Of a stretch of 64,000 nt of DNA, positions 1 to 10,768 are shown in pieces (within the stretch, counting starts at the first letter, position 1; each line of letters begins with the position of its first letter). The position numbers and the translations under genes were made by a program. The DNA lies in NCBI GenBank assembly GCA_947581805.1, contig CANPVM010000002.1, forward strand, positions 69,599 through 133,598, read 5' to 3'. The notes below the pieces were generated by a model that had not been told where the DNA came from, did not search any database, and worked only from the letters and a program-made list of their open reading frames with translations. This DNA comes from an uncultured Clostridia bacterium. GTDB taxonomy: Bacteria > Bacillota > Clostridia > TANB77 > CAG-508.

Positions 1-1285
1 AGTTAAAAGATTTGATATGACAGAATATATTGCAAGCAGGCTTCTTCCTCAAAATAGTATTACTGAAGAGCAAGAAATGGACACTATTATTTCTGGCGTA
101 AATTCTGGAAATTGCGCTTTATTTATTGATACTCTTGAATTTGCTTTTGATATTGAAGTCAAAGGATTTAAGCAAAGGAGTATTGATTCTCCTAATAATG
201 AAATTGTTATAAAAGGGCCTCAAGAAGCCTTCGTAGAGAATATTCGTACTAATACCTCTTTACTTCGTAGAATTACCAATACTGAAGAACTTATTATTGA
301 AAATATTGAAGTTGGAAAAGTAACAAAAACCAAATGTGCTGTTTGTTATTTGGAAAATATCACAAATAGTGATTTGGTAGCAGAAGTTAAATATCGTTTA
401 AACAATTTAGAAGTTGACTCTTTACTATCTTCTGGCGAATTAGAACAACTTATTATTGATGATAACCAAATTGGTGTACCTGAAATTTTATCTACAGAAA
501 GACCGGATAAAACTGCAAAACACTTATTACAAGGTCGTGTTGTTGTACTTGTAAATGGTTCTCCTTATTCTTTAATTATGCCTGCTACTTTTATAGATTT
601 CATGTCATCTCCGGAAGATACTAATTTAAAGCCATATTTTGCAAATTTTTTAAGAGTACTTCGCTTTCTTGCCTCTATTATTACCCTTTTGCTTCCTGGT
701 TTTTACGTGGCAGTTACCAGTTTTCACCAAGAAATTTTGCCAACCGAACTGCTTTACTCTATTTTAAGTGCAAGAGAAACAGTTCCTTTTCCGGTCATTT
801 TTGAAATTTTCATTATGGAGGTTTCTTTTGAACTGATTAGAGAAGCGGGGCTTAGAGTTCCTTCTCCTATTGGACCTACCATTGGCATTGTAGGTGCTTT
901 AGTTTTAGGACAAGCCGCTGTTAGCGCTAATATTGTTAGCCCTATTCTAATTATCATTATTGCTTTAACCGGTATTGCCTCTTTTGCTATTCCAGACTTT
1001 TCGTTTGGTTTTCATTTACGTTTCTTCCGTTTTCTATTTGTGTTACTTGGGTATATTGCAGGATTTTTAGGAATTTCTATTGGACTTTTTGTATATTTAT
1101 CCATTCTTTGCAACATTCGTTCTTTTGGCGTTCCTTTTCTTGCACCATTTGCCCCTGCTATCAATAGCAAAGGAAATGGATATTTCATTCCGCCTATTTG
1201 GAAACAAGAATATAGAGCAACTTATATGGCACCAAAGAAAGAAAAATCACAAGAACATATTAGTATGAAATGGAAGCAAAAGTAA
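1..1285 (+). CDS. Spore germination protein, GerA-family A subunit (GerKA-like). 5'-partial: the frame is open to the window edge.
   Basis: The 422-aa ORF has the GerA-family core: the conserved 'VVLVNGSPYSLIMPATFIDFM' segment and a C-terminal multi-TM region. It sits first in an A-B-C gene order. Confidence 0.8.
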   Translation, partial: VKRFDMTEYIASRLLPQNSITEEQEMDTIISGVNSGNCALFIDTLEFAFDIEVKGFKQRSIDSPNNEIVIKGPQEAFVENIRTNTSLLRRITNTEELIIENIEVGKVTKTKCAVCYLENITNSDLVAEVKYRLNNLEVDSLLSSGELEQLIIDDNQIGVPEILSTERPDKTAKHLLQGRVVVLVNGSPYSLIMPATFIDFMSSPEDTNLKPYFANFLRVLRFLASIITLLLPGFYVAVTSFHQEILPTELLYSILSARETVPFPVIFEIFIMEVSFELIREAGLRVPSPIGPTIGIVGALVLGQAAVSANIVSPILIIIIALTGIASFAIPDFSFGFHLRFFRFLFVLLGYIAGFLGISIGLFVYLSILCNIRSFGVPFLAPFAPAINSKGNGYFIPPIWKQEYRATYMAPKKEKSQEHISMKWKQK

Positions 1286-1427
1286 AAATTTTTAAATAGA
1301 GTAAATTTAGTTGAATTAAATTTATTTATAATATAAGTTTGACTTTAAGCAATTAAAACTTTATGTAGGTTTATAGGTATTTCCTCTAAAATAAAAACCT
1401 AAATTTAAAAAGCAAGGATTTTTCACT

Positions 1428-2528
1428 ATGAATCATTCAAGAATTGGTACATTAGAAGCCATATGCCTTATTTTGTCGGTCATCATTATACGAACTGTAT
1501 TATCACTTCCAAAAAGCATTTTAGCCATTACTGGCTCTGCTAGTATTATTAACTTAGTTTATGTTGGCCTAATTATGCTATTATTAGTCTATTTTATATA
1601 TCGCTTATTTAAAAAATTTCCCGGCATGGACATTATTGATATATCGGAAGTATTAGGAGGAAGTGTTTTAAAGAAAATTGTAGGCTTTATTTTCATTTTT
1701 TATTTTATTGTAAGTTCTAGCATTTTTCTTAGAAACTTTTGTGAATGTTTAAGGATTGTATATTACCCTTCTACTAGCATTTTATTTGTCATTCTATTTT
1801 TCATTATTGCACTTTGCGCTACAAACTACTTATCCTTTAATGCTAGTTTGAAGTCAAACTTGATTATTGCACCAATAGCCCTTGGTAGTATTATATTTTT
1901 ATTTGTTGCCAACTTTAGACACTTTTCACCACAAAGAATTTTTCCTATTTTAGGGAATGGAATATTTGAAACTTTTATAACCGGACTTGGCAATATCTCT
2001 TCTTTTAGTGGAATTGTATTTTTATACTTCCTTCCACCTTTATTAAAAGAGCCTCAAAAGTTCAAAAAAGTTGCAATTACCTCTGTTGTTTTATCTGTAA
2101 TTTACTTAATTATTACAGTTTCCATTGTTTTATTTATATTTCCTTATTTTGTGCAAACAGACGAAGTAATGCCACTATACTCTGCTGCCACTTATATTGA
2201 ATTTGGAAGCTTCTTTCAAAGGTTAGAATCTGTATTCTTACTAATATGGATGCTAGTTCTTGCTTGTTATTTAGGAATTATTAGCAAATTTGTACTTCTA
2301 ATATTCCGAAAAATAACAAATATAAAAGACTTCAAACCTGCCATTTTACCTGTTGGACTTTGCATCCTTGCAGTTTCCCTTCTTCCAAAAAACTATGCTA
2401 CGGCAAAATTTTACGAAACTGATATTTATCCTTATTTAATGATTGGCATTGTTTGCATTATGAGTTTTCTTATTTTGCTTTTTGCATCTTTCAAAAGAAA
2501 AAGAAAAGTAGGTGATTCTATTGAATAA
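1428..2528 (+). CDS. Spore germination protein B subunit (GerAB/GerKB-like, APC-type permease).
   Basis: A 366-aa polytopic membrane protein located directly after the A subunit, with an RBS-like AAGGAT upstream. Confidence 0.75.
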   Translation: MNHSRIGTLEAICLILSVIIIRTVLSLPKSILAITGSASIINLVYVGLIMLLLVYFIYRLFKKFPGMDIIDISEVLGGSVLKKIVGFIFIFYFIVSSSIFLRNFCECLRIVYYPSTSILFVILFFIIALCATNYLSFNASLKSNLIIAPIALGSIIFLFVANFRHFSPQRIFPILGNGIFETFITGLGNISSFSGIVFLYFLPPLLKEPQKFKKVAITSVVLSVIYLIITVSIVLFIFPYFVQTDEVMPLYSAATYIEFGSFFQRLESVFLLIWMLVLACYLGIISKFVLLIFRKITNIKDFKPAILPVGLCILAVSLLPKNYATAKFYETDIYPYLMIGIVCIMSFLILLFASFKRKRKVGDSIE

Positions 2529-3744
2529 AATAGTGCGCAACATCTTTATTTTACTTGTAATTATTGTGTTTATTGTTGCCTTTAGTCCTTCTTACACTTC
2601 ACTTAATATAGATAACTTAGCCTACGTTATTGCACTTGGCATTGATGTTGGAGAAAATGAGGATTTCAACATTAGTTTTCAATTTACCACAGGAAGTTCC
2701 ACAAGTGACTCTGGCTCTAGTGAAAAGAGTCCTCTTATCGTTAATTCTGTAGAAGCATCTTCTATCGATAGTGCCATTAACCTAATGAATAGCTATTTAG
2801 CAAAAAAAATAAGCCTATCGCATTGTCGCTTGCTCATCTTTTCAGAAGAAGTGGCAAGTAAAGGAATTTCAGATGCCATCTATACTTTAGCAAACGATTC
2901 TCAAGTAAGACATTCTGCTAATATTATTGTTAGTAAAAGCACGGCTAAAAGTTATATGGAAAATTCCACACCAATTTTAGAGAATTTAATTACAAAATAT
3001 TATGAAATTTTCCCAAATTCTAGCAAATACACAGGCTACATTTATAATGCTACATTTGCAGATTTTTTAAATCAGTATTTATGCAATACTTGTGAACCTT
3101 TTGCTATTCTTGGTGGCGTAAATACAAACGCTAGTGTTTCCGATGCTGGTACTCATAGTAGCGATGTTACAACTATGAAATCAACCAACACACCTTTTTC
3201 TGGTGATAGAGGTGCAGAGAACTTAGGAATTGCTGTTTTCAAAGATGACAAATTAGTAGGAGAATTAACTGCCATTGAAACACTTTGCCTTTCTATATTA
3301 CGTGGGGATACCGATTCTTTCTTAATCAGTGTGCCGGACCCAGACAATCCAGAAAAACTATTAGATATCAAAATATCAAATGAAGGTCATAAAAAAATAA
3401 AAGTCGATATAGTAAATGGTTCCCCTTATATTCGCTTTGAAGCCAAATTCACAGGTAGAGTTTACTCTATGAAAAACAACGCTCACTATTTAGATGATGC
3501 TACGTTAAACATGATTTCTAATGCAGCAAATGAATATTTAGAAGAAGCCTTAACGCAATACTTGTATCGTACTTCTATGGAATTCAAGTCAGATATTAGT
3601 GGTTTTGGAAAATACGCTCTATCTAGTTTCTTAACTGCCAAAGACTTTGAAGATTATGACTGGCAAAACAGATATGTCGATTCTACTTTCAAAGTAACCA
3701 TTGACACTACAATACAATCCGGTTTCTTAATTAACGAAACCTAA
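2512..3744 (+). CDS. Ger(x)C-family germinant receptor lipoprotein.
   Basis: A 410-aa protein with an N-terminal signal or lipobox-like hydrophobic stretch. Its start overlaps the end of the B subunit, the typical third gene of a ger operon. Confidence 0.75.
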   Translation: MILLNKIVRNIFILLVIIVFIVAFSPSYTSLNIDNLAYVIALGIDVGENEDFNISFQFTTGSSTSDSGSSEKSPLIVNSVEASSIDSAINLMNSYLAKKISLSHCRLLIFSEEVASKGISDAIYTLANDSQVRHSANIIVSKSTAKSYMENSTPILENLITKYYEIFPNSSKYTGYIYNATFADFLNQYLCNTCEPFAILGGVNTNASVSDAGTHSSDVTTMKSTNTPFSGDRGAENLGIAVFKDDKLVGELTAIETLCLSILRGDTDSFLISVPDPDNPEKLLDIKISNEGHKKIKVDIVNGSPYIRFEAKFTGRVYSMKNNAHYLDDATLNMISNAANEYLEEALTQYLYRTSMEFKSDISGFGKYALSSFLTAKDFEDYDWQNRYVDSTFKVTIDTTIQSGFLINET

Positions 3745-3759
3745 AAAGGAGGTTTATTT

Positions 3760-3942
3760 ATGATGCTCGCTTTGTTTTATCATGTTTTATTTCTTGTTTT
3801 TACTATTTATGTGCTAGTGTATTCTATTTCATATGGTTTATACGAAATAAAACAAGAGAAGAACACTTTTGGTGGAAGTCTTATGGTTGCTTTTACTATT
3901 TTTAGTGTTATTTTTAGTAATATTATGGTTTGGAAAAACTAA
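3760..3942 (+). CDS. Small hydrophobic membrane protein (60 aa), possibly a fourth gene of the ger operon.
   Basis: A strong RBS (AAAGGAGG) lies 7 nt upstream of the ATG and the product has two predicted TM helices. The 3' end overlaps the convergent metK. Confidence 0.35.
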   Translation: MMLALFYHVLFLVFTIYVLVYSISYGLYEIKQEKNTFGGSLMVAFTIFSVIFSNIMVWKN

Positions 3943-5041
3943 CTATTTTTTCCCACGCCATTTCTTCTTTGCCGAAATGTCCATAGTTTGTTGTTTTTGC
4001 ATAAATTGGCTTTTTTAAGTCTAAATATTTTATTATGCCATTTGGTGTTAAGTCAAATTTTTCTTTAATCATTTCTAGTATTTTTTCTTCTTCTATGGTA
4101 TTGGTATTAAAGGTGTTAATCCAAATTGAAATTGGCTCTTTTCTGCCAATGGCATAAGATACTTGTAGTTCGCATTTCTTGGCCAAGCCATTTGCTACTA
4201 CGTTTTTAGCAATATGGCGAAGCATATAACTTGCTGACCTATCTACTTTGCTAGCATCTTTTCCTGAAAAAGCGCCTCCTCCGTGTCTTGCATATCCGCC
4301 ATAGGTATCTACTATTATTTTTCTTCCTGTTAAGCCTGTATCTCCTAAGGGTCCTCCTATTACAAATCTTCCTGTTGGATTTACATAGATTTTTGTGTTT
4401 TCGTCCATTTTTTCTGTTGGTACAATTGGAAGAATAACTTTTTCTATGATTTCTTTTTTTAGTTCTTCCATTGAAATTTCTTCTAAATGCTGGGTAGATA
4501 CTAAAATGGTATCAATCCTTTTTGGCTTGTCTTCTTCATATTCGATGGTGACTTGCACTTTTCCATCTGGTCTTAAATAAGGAATTTCGTTTGTTTTTCT
4601 TACCTTTGTTAGTTGTTTAGCAAGTTTATGTGCTAAATCAATTGCATAAGGCATATAATTTTTTGTTTCATCTGCAGCATAGCCAAACATGATGCCTTGG
4701 TCTCCTGCCCCACCTATATCTACTCCCATAGCAATATCTGAACTTTGTTTGGTAATATTAATTGAAAATTTACAAGTTCTATAATCGATATCAGTATTTT
4801 CGTTATCAAATCCAATTTCTTTCATTACATTTCTTGCTACTTTTTCAATATCGACTTCTCCTTTTGAAGTCACTTGTCCTGCTATGGTAATTGTATTTTT
4901 TGAAGCAAATGTTTCTACCGCTACCCTAGAATTTTCATCTTGTTTTAAGTATTCATCTAATATGCTATCTGAAATTAAATCACATAATTTATCTGGATGC
5001 CCCTCTGTTACACTTTCTGATGTAAAATAATAATGCTTCAT
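3923..5041 (-). CDS. metK: S-adenosylmethionine synthetase.
   Basis: Carries the MetK signature motifs GHPDK, GAGDQG and GGGAFSGKD and aligns end to end with bacterial MetK. Confidence 0.95.
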   Translation of the reverse strand: MKHYYFTSESVTEGHPDKLCDLISDSILDEYLKQDENSRVAVETFASKNTITIAGQVTSKGEVDIEKVARNVMKEIGFDNENTDIDYRTCKFSINITKQSSDIAMGVDIGGAGDQGIMFGYAADETKNYMPYAIDLAHKLAKQLTKVRKTNEIPYLRPDGKVQVTIEYEEDKPKRIDTILVSTQHLEEISMEELKKEIIEKVILPIVPTEKMDENTKIYVNPTGRFVIGGPLGDTGLTGRKIIVDTYGGYARHGGGAFSGKDASKVDRSASYMLRHIAKNVVANGLAKKCELQVSYAIGRKEPISIWINTFNTNTIEEEKILEMIKEKFDLTPNGIIKYLDLKKPIYAKTTNYGHFGKEEMAWEKIVSFSKP

Positions 5042-5148
5042 TTTATTTTATCCTTCTTTCATATTTTTTCTTATTTTTCAAGCACTTTACCATATTTTTT
5101 ATAGTGAGCTATCATATTTCTTCACAGCAATTATGATAGTATAAAATC

Positions 5149-7422
5149 TTATTCTTCTATTGTTTCTATATCGTCTTCTTTTTCCTCTACTAATGCAAAG
5201 TCAACCTGTCTTAATGCTTTATTGGCATTTTTCACTCTAATTCTAACTTTATCTCCAATTTGATAATGTTTCTTGGTTCTTTCACCTAATAAAATCTTTT
5301 TATTTTCATCATAAATAAAATAGTCGTCTCCTAAGTCTTCAAAACGAATTAAGCCCTCTACTGTATTTTCTAACTCTACAAACATACCAAAAGAAGTAAC
5401 CGAAGAAACAATGCCTTCATACTCTTTTCCAATTTTATCTTGCATATATTCTGCTTTCTTAATATCCACGCTATCTCGTTCTACTTTTTGGGCAATTTTT
5501 TCTCTTTCAGAAGACTGCTCTGCAAAGCTTGTTGCTTTTGCTCTATATTCTTCTTTCCAATCTTCTGCTACATCATAATTTTGTGCTAGATAATAGGAAA
5601 TCATTCTATGAATAAATAAATCTGGATACCTTCGAATTGGAGAAGTAAAATGACAATAGTAATTACTTGCAATTCCAAAATGTCCTTTATTTTGACTTTC
5701 ATATCTTGCAACTTTTAATGTTCTTAAAAGTAAAGTCGAAACCACTCTTTCCTCTGGTTTCCCTACAATGGCATCTAACACCTCTGCAAATGCTTTAGGA
5801 TGAATATTATCTTTATTTGCTTTGATTTTATATCCAAGATTGAATAAGAATTTATTTAATTCATCAATTTTTTCTTGGTCTGGTACTTCATGCACACGAT
5901 AAATAAAAGGTGCTTCCAGCCAATAAAAACGTTCTGCAATAGTTTCATTTGCTGTTAGCATAAATTGTTCAATAATTTCATTTGCAAAAGTAATTTCATA
6001 TTTTTTAACATCAATAGCAAAACCATTTTCGTCTAATACAATTTTGGTTTCTGGTAAATCCAAATTTAAACTACCTTGTTTTTCCCTTCTATTTTTCAAA
6101 ATATGAGCTAATTCTTCCATTCTTTGAAAATGCTCGATAAATGGCTTATATTTCTTAACCACTTCTAATTCTTTTTCTAAAATTTTAATTTTCTCTTTAG
6201 CTTTTTTCGCATCTTTTATTTCTGCTTCTTCTTGTTTTTCACTATTTGCATATTTTAATAAAATAGCAACATCAGAATAATTCATTCTTCTTGTTACTTT
6301 AATGACGCTTTTTTGCACGTCAGAAGATACTACTTCTCCTTGATTGTTAATTTCCATGATGACAGATAGGCAAAATCTATCTTTTCCTTCATTTAAACTA
6401 CAAATGCCGTTGGAAAGTTCTTTTGGAAGCATAGGAATTACCCTATCTAACATATAAATGCTGGTACCACGAACTAAAGCCTCTTTGTCTAAAGCGCTAT
6501 CTTCTTTGACATAGTAACTAACATCTGCAATGTGAACACCAAGCAAATAATTTCCATTTTGAAGTTTTTTCACTTGCACCGCATCATCTAAGTCTTTAGC
6601 ATCTTCTCCATCAATCGTGAAAATTTCTTCTTCTCTTAAATCTAACCTGTTTGGAATATCTTTTTTGGCTATTTCTTCTTTTATTGCCTGTGCTTCTTCA
6701 ATAACCTTTTTGGGAAATTCATAAGGAAGATTGTATTCTTTAATAAGGCTAAGCATGTCCACTCCTGCCTCATTTACATTTCCTAAAATTTCAATAATTT
6801 TTCCTTCTGCATTCTTCCCTTTTTCAGGATATTTCGTAATTTGCACAACTACTTTTGTATTATTTTTTGCTTTTAACATATTCTTTTTAGAAATATAAAT
6901 ATCAGTTCCGAACTTTCTATCATCTGGCACAACAAAACCATAATTTTGCTGTTTTGTAAAAGTCCCTACTAAACAATTTTTATCATGAGCAATTACCTTT
7001 ATAATTTTTCCTTCTTCATGTACTTCCTGAGTATTTTCTTTGGAAGTTTTAATCATTTCTAATAATACTTTATCTCCATTTAAAGCACCCTTTGTATTAT
7101 TTTTGGCAATATAAATTTCTTCTTCCTTACCTTCTACTTTTACAAAGCCAAAACCTTTTTCATTTGCACGAAATACACCAGATAAGTACTTTCCTTCTTC
7201 TACTAAAGAATATTTTGACTTTCTATTCTTTTTAATTTTATACTCTTGTTCTAAATGATTTAATACTTCTACAAAAGTAGCATACTCTGTTTTAGACACA
7301 CTAAGCATAAGCGCCAACTCTTTTGCTTTCATTGGCACATACATATCTTCTTTCATAAAATTTAAAATCAATTCTTCTTTTTCTTCCATATTATCCTTTC
7401 TAATCTCTAAACCCTGGTACAA
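5149..7422 (-). CDS. rnr: Ribonuclease R.
   Basis: A 757-aa protein with an N-terminal HTH/cold-shock region, an RNB catalytic domain and a C-terminal S1 domain (KVRIRVKNANKALRQVDF). Confidence 0.9.
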   Translation of the reverse strand: MYQGLEIRKDNMEEKEELILNFMKEDMYVPMKAKELALMLSVSKTEYATFVEVLNHLEQEYKIKKNRKSKYSLVEEGKYLSGVFRANEKGFGFVKVEGKEEEIYIAKNNTKGALNGDKVLLEMIKTSKENTQEVHEEGKIIKVIAHDKNCLVGTFTKQQNYGFVVPDDRKFGTDIYISKKNMLKAKNNTKVVVQITKYPEKGKNAEGKIIEILGNVNEAGVDMLSLIKEYNLPYEFPKKVIEEAQAIKEEIAKKDIPNRLDLREEEIFTIDGEDAKDLDDAVQVKKLQNGNYLLGVHIADVSYYVKEDSALDKEALVRGTSIYMLDRVIPMLPKELSNGICSLNEGKDRFCLSVIMEINNQGEVVSSDVQKSVIKVTRRMNYSDVAILLKYANSEKQEEAEIKDAKKAKEKIKILEKELEVVKKYKPFIEHFQRMEELAHILKNRREKQGSLNLDLPETKIVLDENGFAIDVKKYEITFANEIIEQFMLTANETIAERFYWLEAPFIYRVHEVPDQEKIDELNKFLFNLGYKIKANKDNIHPKAFAEVLDAIVGKPEERVVSTLLLRTLKVARYESQNKGHFGIASNYYCHFTSPIRRYPDLFIHRMISYYLAQNYDVAEDWKEEYRAKATSFAEQSSEREKIAQKVERDSVDIKKAEYMQDKIGKEYEGIVSSVTSFGMFVELENTVEGLIRFEDLGDDYFIYDENKKILLGERTKKHYQIGDKVRIRVKNANKALRQVDFALVEEKEDDIETIEE

Positions 7423-7470
7423 ATTGTCCCATTTGTCTCAATTTTGGACTGTCAAAAATTGTTCCATTTA

Positions 7471-7508
7471 CAATAAATAAAAGATGTAGTATGTTAATCT
7501 ACTACACC
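7471..7508 (-). terminator. Rho-independent terminator downstream of secG.
   Basis: The stem GGTGTAGTA/TACTACATC is followed by a U-run when read on the minus strand. Confidence 0.5.
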
Positions 7509-7525
7509 TTATTTTTCCAAAAATT

Positions 7526-7774
7526 TTAAATTACATACAAAATTCCAAGTAGAATAGCAAGTACTACAAATAAAACACCAAGTAAAATAGTAAATCTTTT
7601 TAGTCTTCCTTCTTTAGTTCTACCTTTATTTTTCTCATAAAAGTTGTTGGTAGTAGAACCTGTAATTGTTCCTGATGCTCCTTGGCTATCTTTGGTTTGA
7701 ATGGTAGCAACGATAATTAAAGCTACACAAATAATTAAATATATTGCTAATATAACGTATTTTACAATTTCCAT
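7526..7774 (-). CDS. secG: Preprotein translocase subunit SecG.
   Basis: An 82-aa protein with two TM helices and the Gly-rich mid segment typical of SecG. Confidence 0.8.
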   Translation of the reverse strand: MEIVKYVILAIYLIICVALIIVATIQTKDSQGASGTITGSTTNNFYEKNKGRTKEGRLKRFTILLGVLFVVLAILLGILYVI

Positions 7775-7997
7775 TTTTTGAATTCTCTCCTCTTTTTCTT
7801 AACTTTTTTCTTAACATTGCTTATTGTAACATATATCTCAAAAAAATGCAATTGCTTTTTTGAATTTTCTATTATATAATTAATCACAATAAAATATAAT
7901 CAATTTGAAAAAAGCGTATTGAAAGTATTTGAGCTAGAACGAGCATTTTTGAAAATTGAATATATTTTATCGTGATATCAATTATATAGGTGTTTTT

Positions 7998-8856
7998 ATG
8001 AAAGTTATTATTGTTAATGAAAAACAGAATAATAAAAGATTAGATAAAGTAGTATTTGAAAATTTTCCTCATCTAAGTGCAAATACTTTTTATAAAGCTT
8101 TGCGAAAAAAGGATATTCGCGTAAATGAAAAAAGAGTTTCTGAAAATGTGATTGTTTCTACAAATGATGTTATTAAAGTTTTTATTACAGATGAATTACT
8201 TGAAAATAAACCTACAATTTCTGTTATTTATGAAGATGCTCTTATTTTAGTTGTGGATAAACCTTCTAATTTAGAAGTAGTAGGAGAAAATTCACTTACT
8301 TCTTTGTTACAAGCAAATTATGCTTTTCTTGAGCCTTGCCACAGGCTAGATAGAAATACAACTGGTCTTGTTTTATTTGCAAAAACAAAAGAGGCTTTGG
8401 ATATTTTACTAAATAAATTTAAAAAACATGAAATTGAAAAGCATTATTTAGCTACGGTTTATGGTATTTTACCTAAAAAGCAAGCAAAATTAGAAGCTTA
8501 TCTTTTTAAAGATAGTAAAAAGTCTTTGGTTTATTTATCTGATGAACCTAAAAAAGGCTATCAAAAAATTGTTACTTCTTATAAAGTAGTAACAGAAGAT
8601 AACAAAAATAATACTTCTCTTTTAGATGTTAATTTAGAAACTGGAAAGACTCATCAAATTCGTGCTCATCTTGCCTATATTGGTTTTCCTATTATTGGCG
8701 ACCGGAAAGTATGGTAAAAATGAAATTAACAAACGTTTTAAACAGAAAACGCAATTATTACAAAGTTATTCTTTAAAATTTAATTTTACTTCTCCAAATG
8801 GTATGTTAGAATATTTAAATGGAAAAGAAATCACATTAAAACCACCAATTTCTTAA
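7998..8856 (+). pseudogene. RluA-family (S4-domain) pseudouridine synthase, split by a +1 frameshift near position 8702.
   Basis: The catalytic motif HRLDRNTTG is present. The reading frame switches at 'GAC C GGA AAG'. Deleting the extra C restores the canonical 'IIGDGKYGKNE' sequence, and the C-terminal part continues in ORF 8662..8856. Confidence 0.7.
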
Positions 8857-8880
8857 TACGAGACATGAATTTTATAATTC

Positions 8881-8940
8881 AAAAAAGAAGGGGTGTCCCC
8901 ACCGTTCCATTTTGGAACGAAAAGGGGCGTCCCTCTTGTT
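8881..8940. repeat. Copy 1 of a dispersed, roughly 58-nt GC-rich structured repeat that acts as a terminator and abuts the ftsH stop codon.
   Basis: Sequence: AAAAAAGAAGGGGTGTCCCCACCGTTCCATTTTGGAACGAAAAGGGGCGTCCCTCTTGTTC. It contains nested palindromes (GGGGTGTCCCC and GTTCCATTTTGGAAC). Read on the minus strand, the hairpins are followed by a U-tract. Confidence 0.7.
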
Positions 8941-10749
8941 CTATTCAAATATTTTTTCAAATTCTTTTTCAGTAATGGTTTCTTGTTTTAATAAGGTTTG
9001 GGCTACTTCGTGAAGTTTATCCATATGTTCTAAAATTAATTTTTGTGCTCTATTATAAGCGTTATCTAATAGGATTTTTACTTCTGCACCAATTGCATCA
9101 GCATATTTTTCCCCTAATAATTGTAATTCATATGGGTCTTTTTCTGTATTGATTGAAATAGTTCCTACTACGTCACTCATTCCATAAACGGTTACCATGT
9201 CTTTAGCAATTTTGGTTGCTACTTCTAAGTCATTGCTTGCTCCTGTGGAAATATCATTTAAAGCAATTTTTTCGGCTGCTCTACCTCCTAAAAGACTAAT
9301 CATTCTTTCTTCCATTTCTGTTTTGGAAATATAGTTTTTATCTTCGTTGGTTTTATACATAGTGTAGCCACCTGCCATACCTCTTGGAATAATTGAAATC
9401 TCTTTTACTGGCTCTTGAGTTTCTAAATACTTACTTACAATAGCGTGTCCAGCTTCATGATAAGCAGTTAACTTTTTATCTTTATCAGAAATGACTCTAC
9501 TTGTTTTTTGAAGTCCTACCGTTACTTTTTTTAATGCTTCTTCGATGTCTTCTTGCTGAATTACATCATGTTCATTAATTGCAGCTAAAATAGCAGCTTC
9601 ATTTAAAATATTGGACAATTCTGCTCCGGTAAAGCCTGCGGTATCTTCTGCAATGGATTTTAGTGTAATATTTTCTGCAAATTTTTTGTCTTTACTATGA
9701 ATTTTTAAAATTTCTTCTCTTCCTTTTAGGTCTGGTACATTAATAGTAATTTGTCTATCAAATCGACCTGGTCTTAATAGAGCTTTATCTAGCATTTCTG
9801 GACGATTGGTAGCAGCTAGTACAATAATTGTTTCTTCTGTATCAAAGCCATCCATTTCTACTAATAATTGATTTAATGTTTGGTTATTTTCTGATTCTGC
9901 TCCATTTCCACTGGATCTTCTAGAACCAATGGCATCTATTTCATCTATGAAAACAATACATGGTGCTACTTTTCTTGCTTTTTCAAATAGTTTACGAACA
10001 CGAGAGGCACCAAGTCCTGCAAACATTTCAATAAATTCAGAACCACTCATGGAAATAAAAGGTACACCTGCTTCTCCTGCAATGGCTTTAGCAATTAATG
10101 TTTTTCCTGTTCCTGGTTTTCCATATAATAAAACACCTTTTGGAATTTTTGCTCCCATTTCATTAAATTTTTTTGGCTCTTTTAAGAATTGTACAATTTC
10201 AAGCATTTCTTGCTTTTCTTCGTCTAACCCTGCTACATCATCAAATTTTACTTTTTGCTTGGAAGCATCTTGGTCATAAACTTTTCCTTTATCGCCTAAT
10301 CCTTGCATTTTAAAAACTAAAATAAATAGAGCAACAATCATTAAGGTTGGAAGTAAAGTGAAAAATGTTTCTGAAATGCTAACTAATACATTTTGTGATT
10401 TTTGATTTAGTTTAAATTCAATACCATCTGCTACTTTTTCTTGTACTAATTCAATAAAGGCTTGTGTACTTGGTATAATCGCCGTTTTTTCTTCTTCTAC
10501 ATTTTTCTGTTTTACTTTTACGGTTGTACTTCCTACAGTCATTTCGATTTTTTCAATTTCACCATCGGAAAGTTGTTTAATTAAATCCGTATAAGCAAGC
10601 TTATCTTCGTTTTCTTCTTCAGCTTCATAGAAAAACAAGAAATAAGTTCCTACTGCTACAGCTACTAATAATAAAATTGTTAACACGCTAAGTACAATCT
10701 TATTGATTTTTTCTTTATTATTCTTTTCTTGTTGTTTGTTATCTTCCAT
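8941..10749 (-). CDS. ftsH: ATP-dependent zinc metalloprotease FtsH.
   Basis: Has an N-terminal TM region, an AAA+ Walker A (GKPGTGKT), the SRH region and the HEAGH zinc motif. Confidence 0.95.
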   Translation of the reverse strand: MEDNKQQEKNNKEKINKIVLSVLTILLLVAVAVGTYFLFFYEAEEENEDKLAYTDLIKQLSDGEIEKIEMTVGSTTVKVKQKNVEEEKTAIIPSTQAFIELVQEKVADGIEFKLNQKSQNVLVSISETFFTLLPTLMIVALFILVFKMQGLGDKGKVYDQDASKQKVKFDDVAGLDEEKQEMLEIVQFLKEPKKFNEMGAKIPKGVLLYGKPGTGKTLIAKAIAGEAGVPFISMSGSEFIEMFAGLGASRVRKLFEKARKVAPCIVFIDEIDAIGSRRSSGNGAESENNQTLNQLLVEMDGFDTEETIIVLAATNRPEMLDKALLRPGRFDRQITINVPDLKGREEILKIHSKDKKFAENITLKSIAEDTAGFTGAELSNILNEAAILAAINEHDVIQQEDIEEALKKVTVGLQKTSRVISDKDKKLTAYHEAGHAIVSKYLETQEPVKEISIIPRGMAGGYTMYKTNEDKNYISKTEMEERMISLLGGRAAEKIALNDISTGASNDLEVATKIAKDMVTVYGMSDVVGTISINTEKDPYELQLLGEKYADAIGAEVKILLDNAYNRAQKLILEHMDKLHEVAQTLLKQETITEKEFEKIFE

Positions 10750-10768
10750 ACTTTTTTATTTCCTTTCT

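Noticed and set aside
5042-5148. Expected SAM-I (S-box) riboswitch upstream of metK.
   Set aside because: There are only 107 nt to the rnr stop codon and none of the GC-rich S-box core motifs. The region holds only a weak hairpin. No riboswitch is called.
7956-7997. Upstream alternative start (MNIFYRDINYIGVF) for the RluA-like gene.
   Set aside because: It has no RBS and it is not conserved. MKVIIVNEKQ at 7998 is preceded by AGGTG.
9929-10279. 116-aa plus-strand ORF inside ftsH (and similar antisense ORFs at 38804..39340 in ppdK, 13462..13785 in the PBP1A gene, 28621..29013 in mgtA, 41888..42262 in uvrB, 12351..12626 in cysS, and others).
   Set aside because: Each is entirely antisense to a well-supported conserved gene. 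The composition is an artefact of the opposite strand and no RBS is present.
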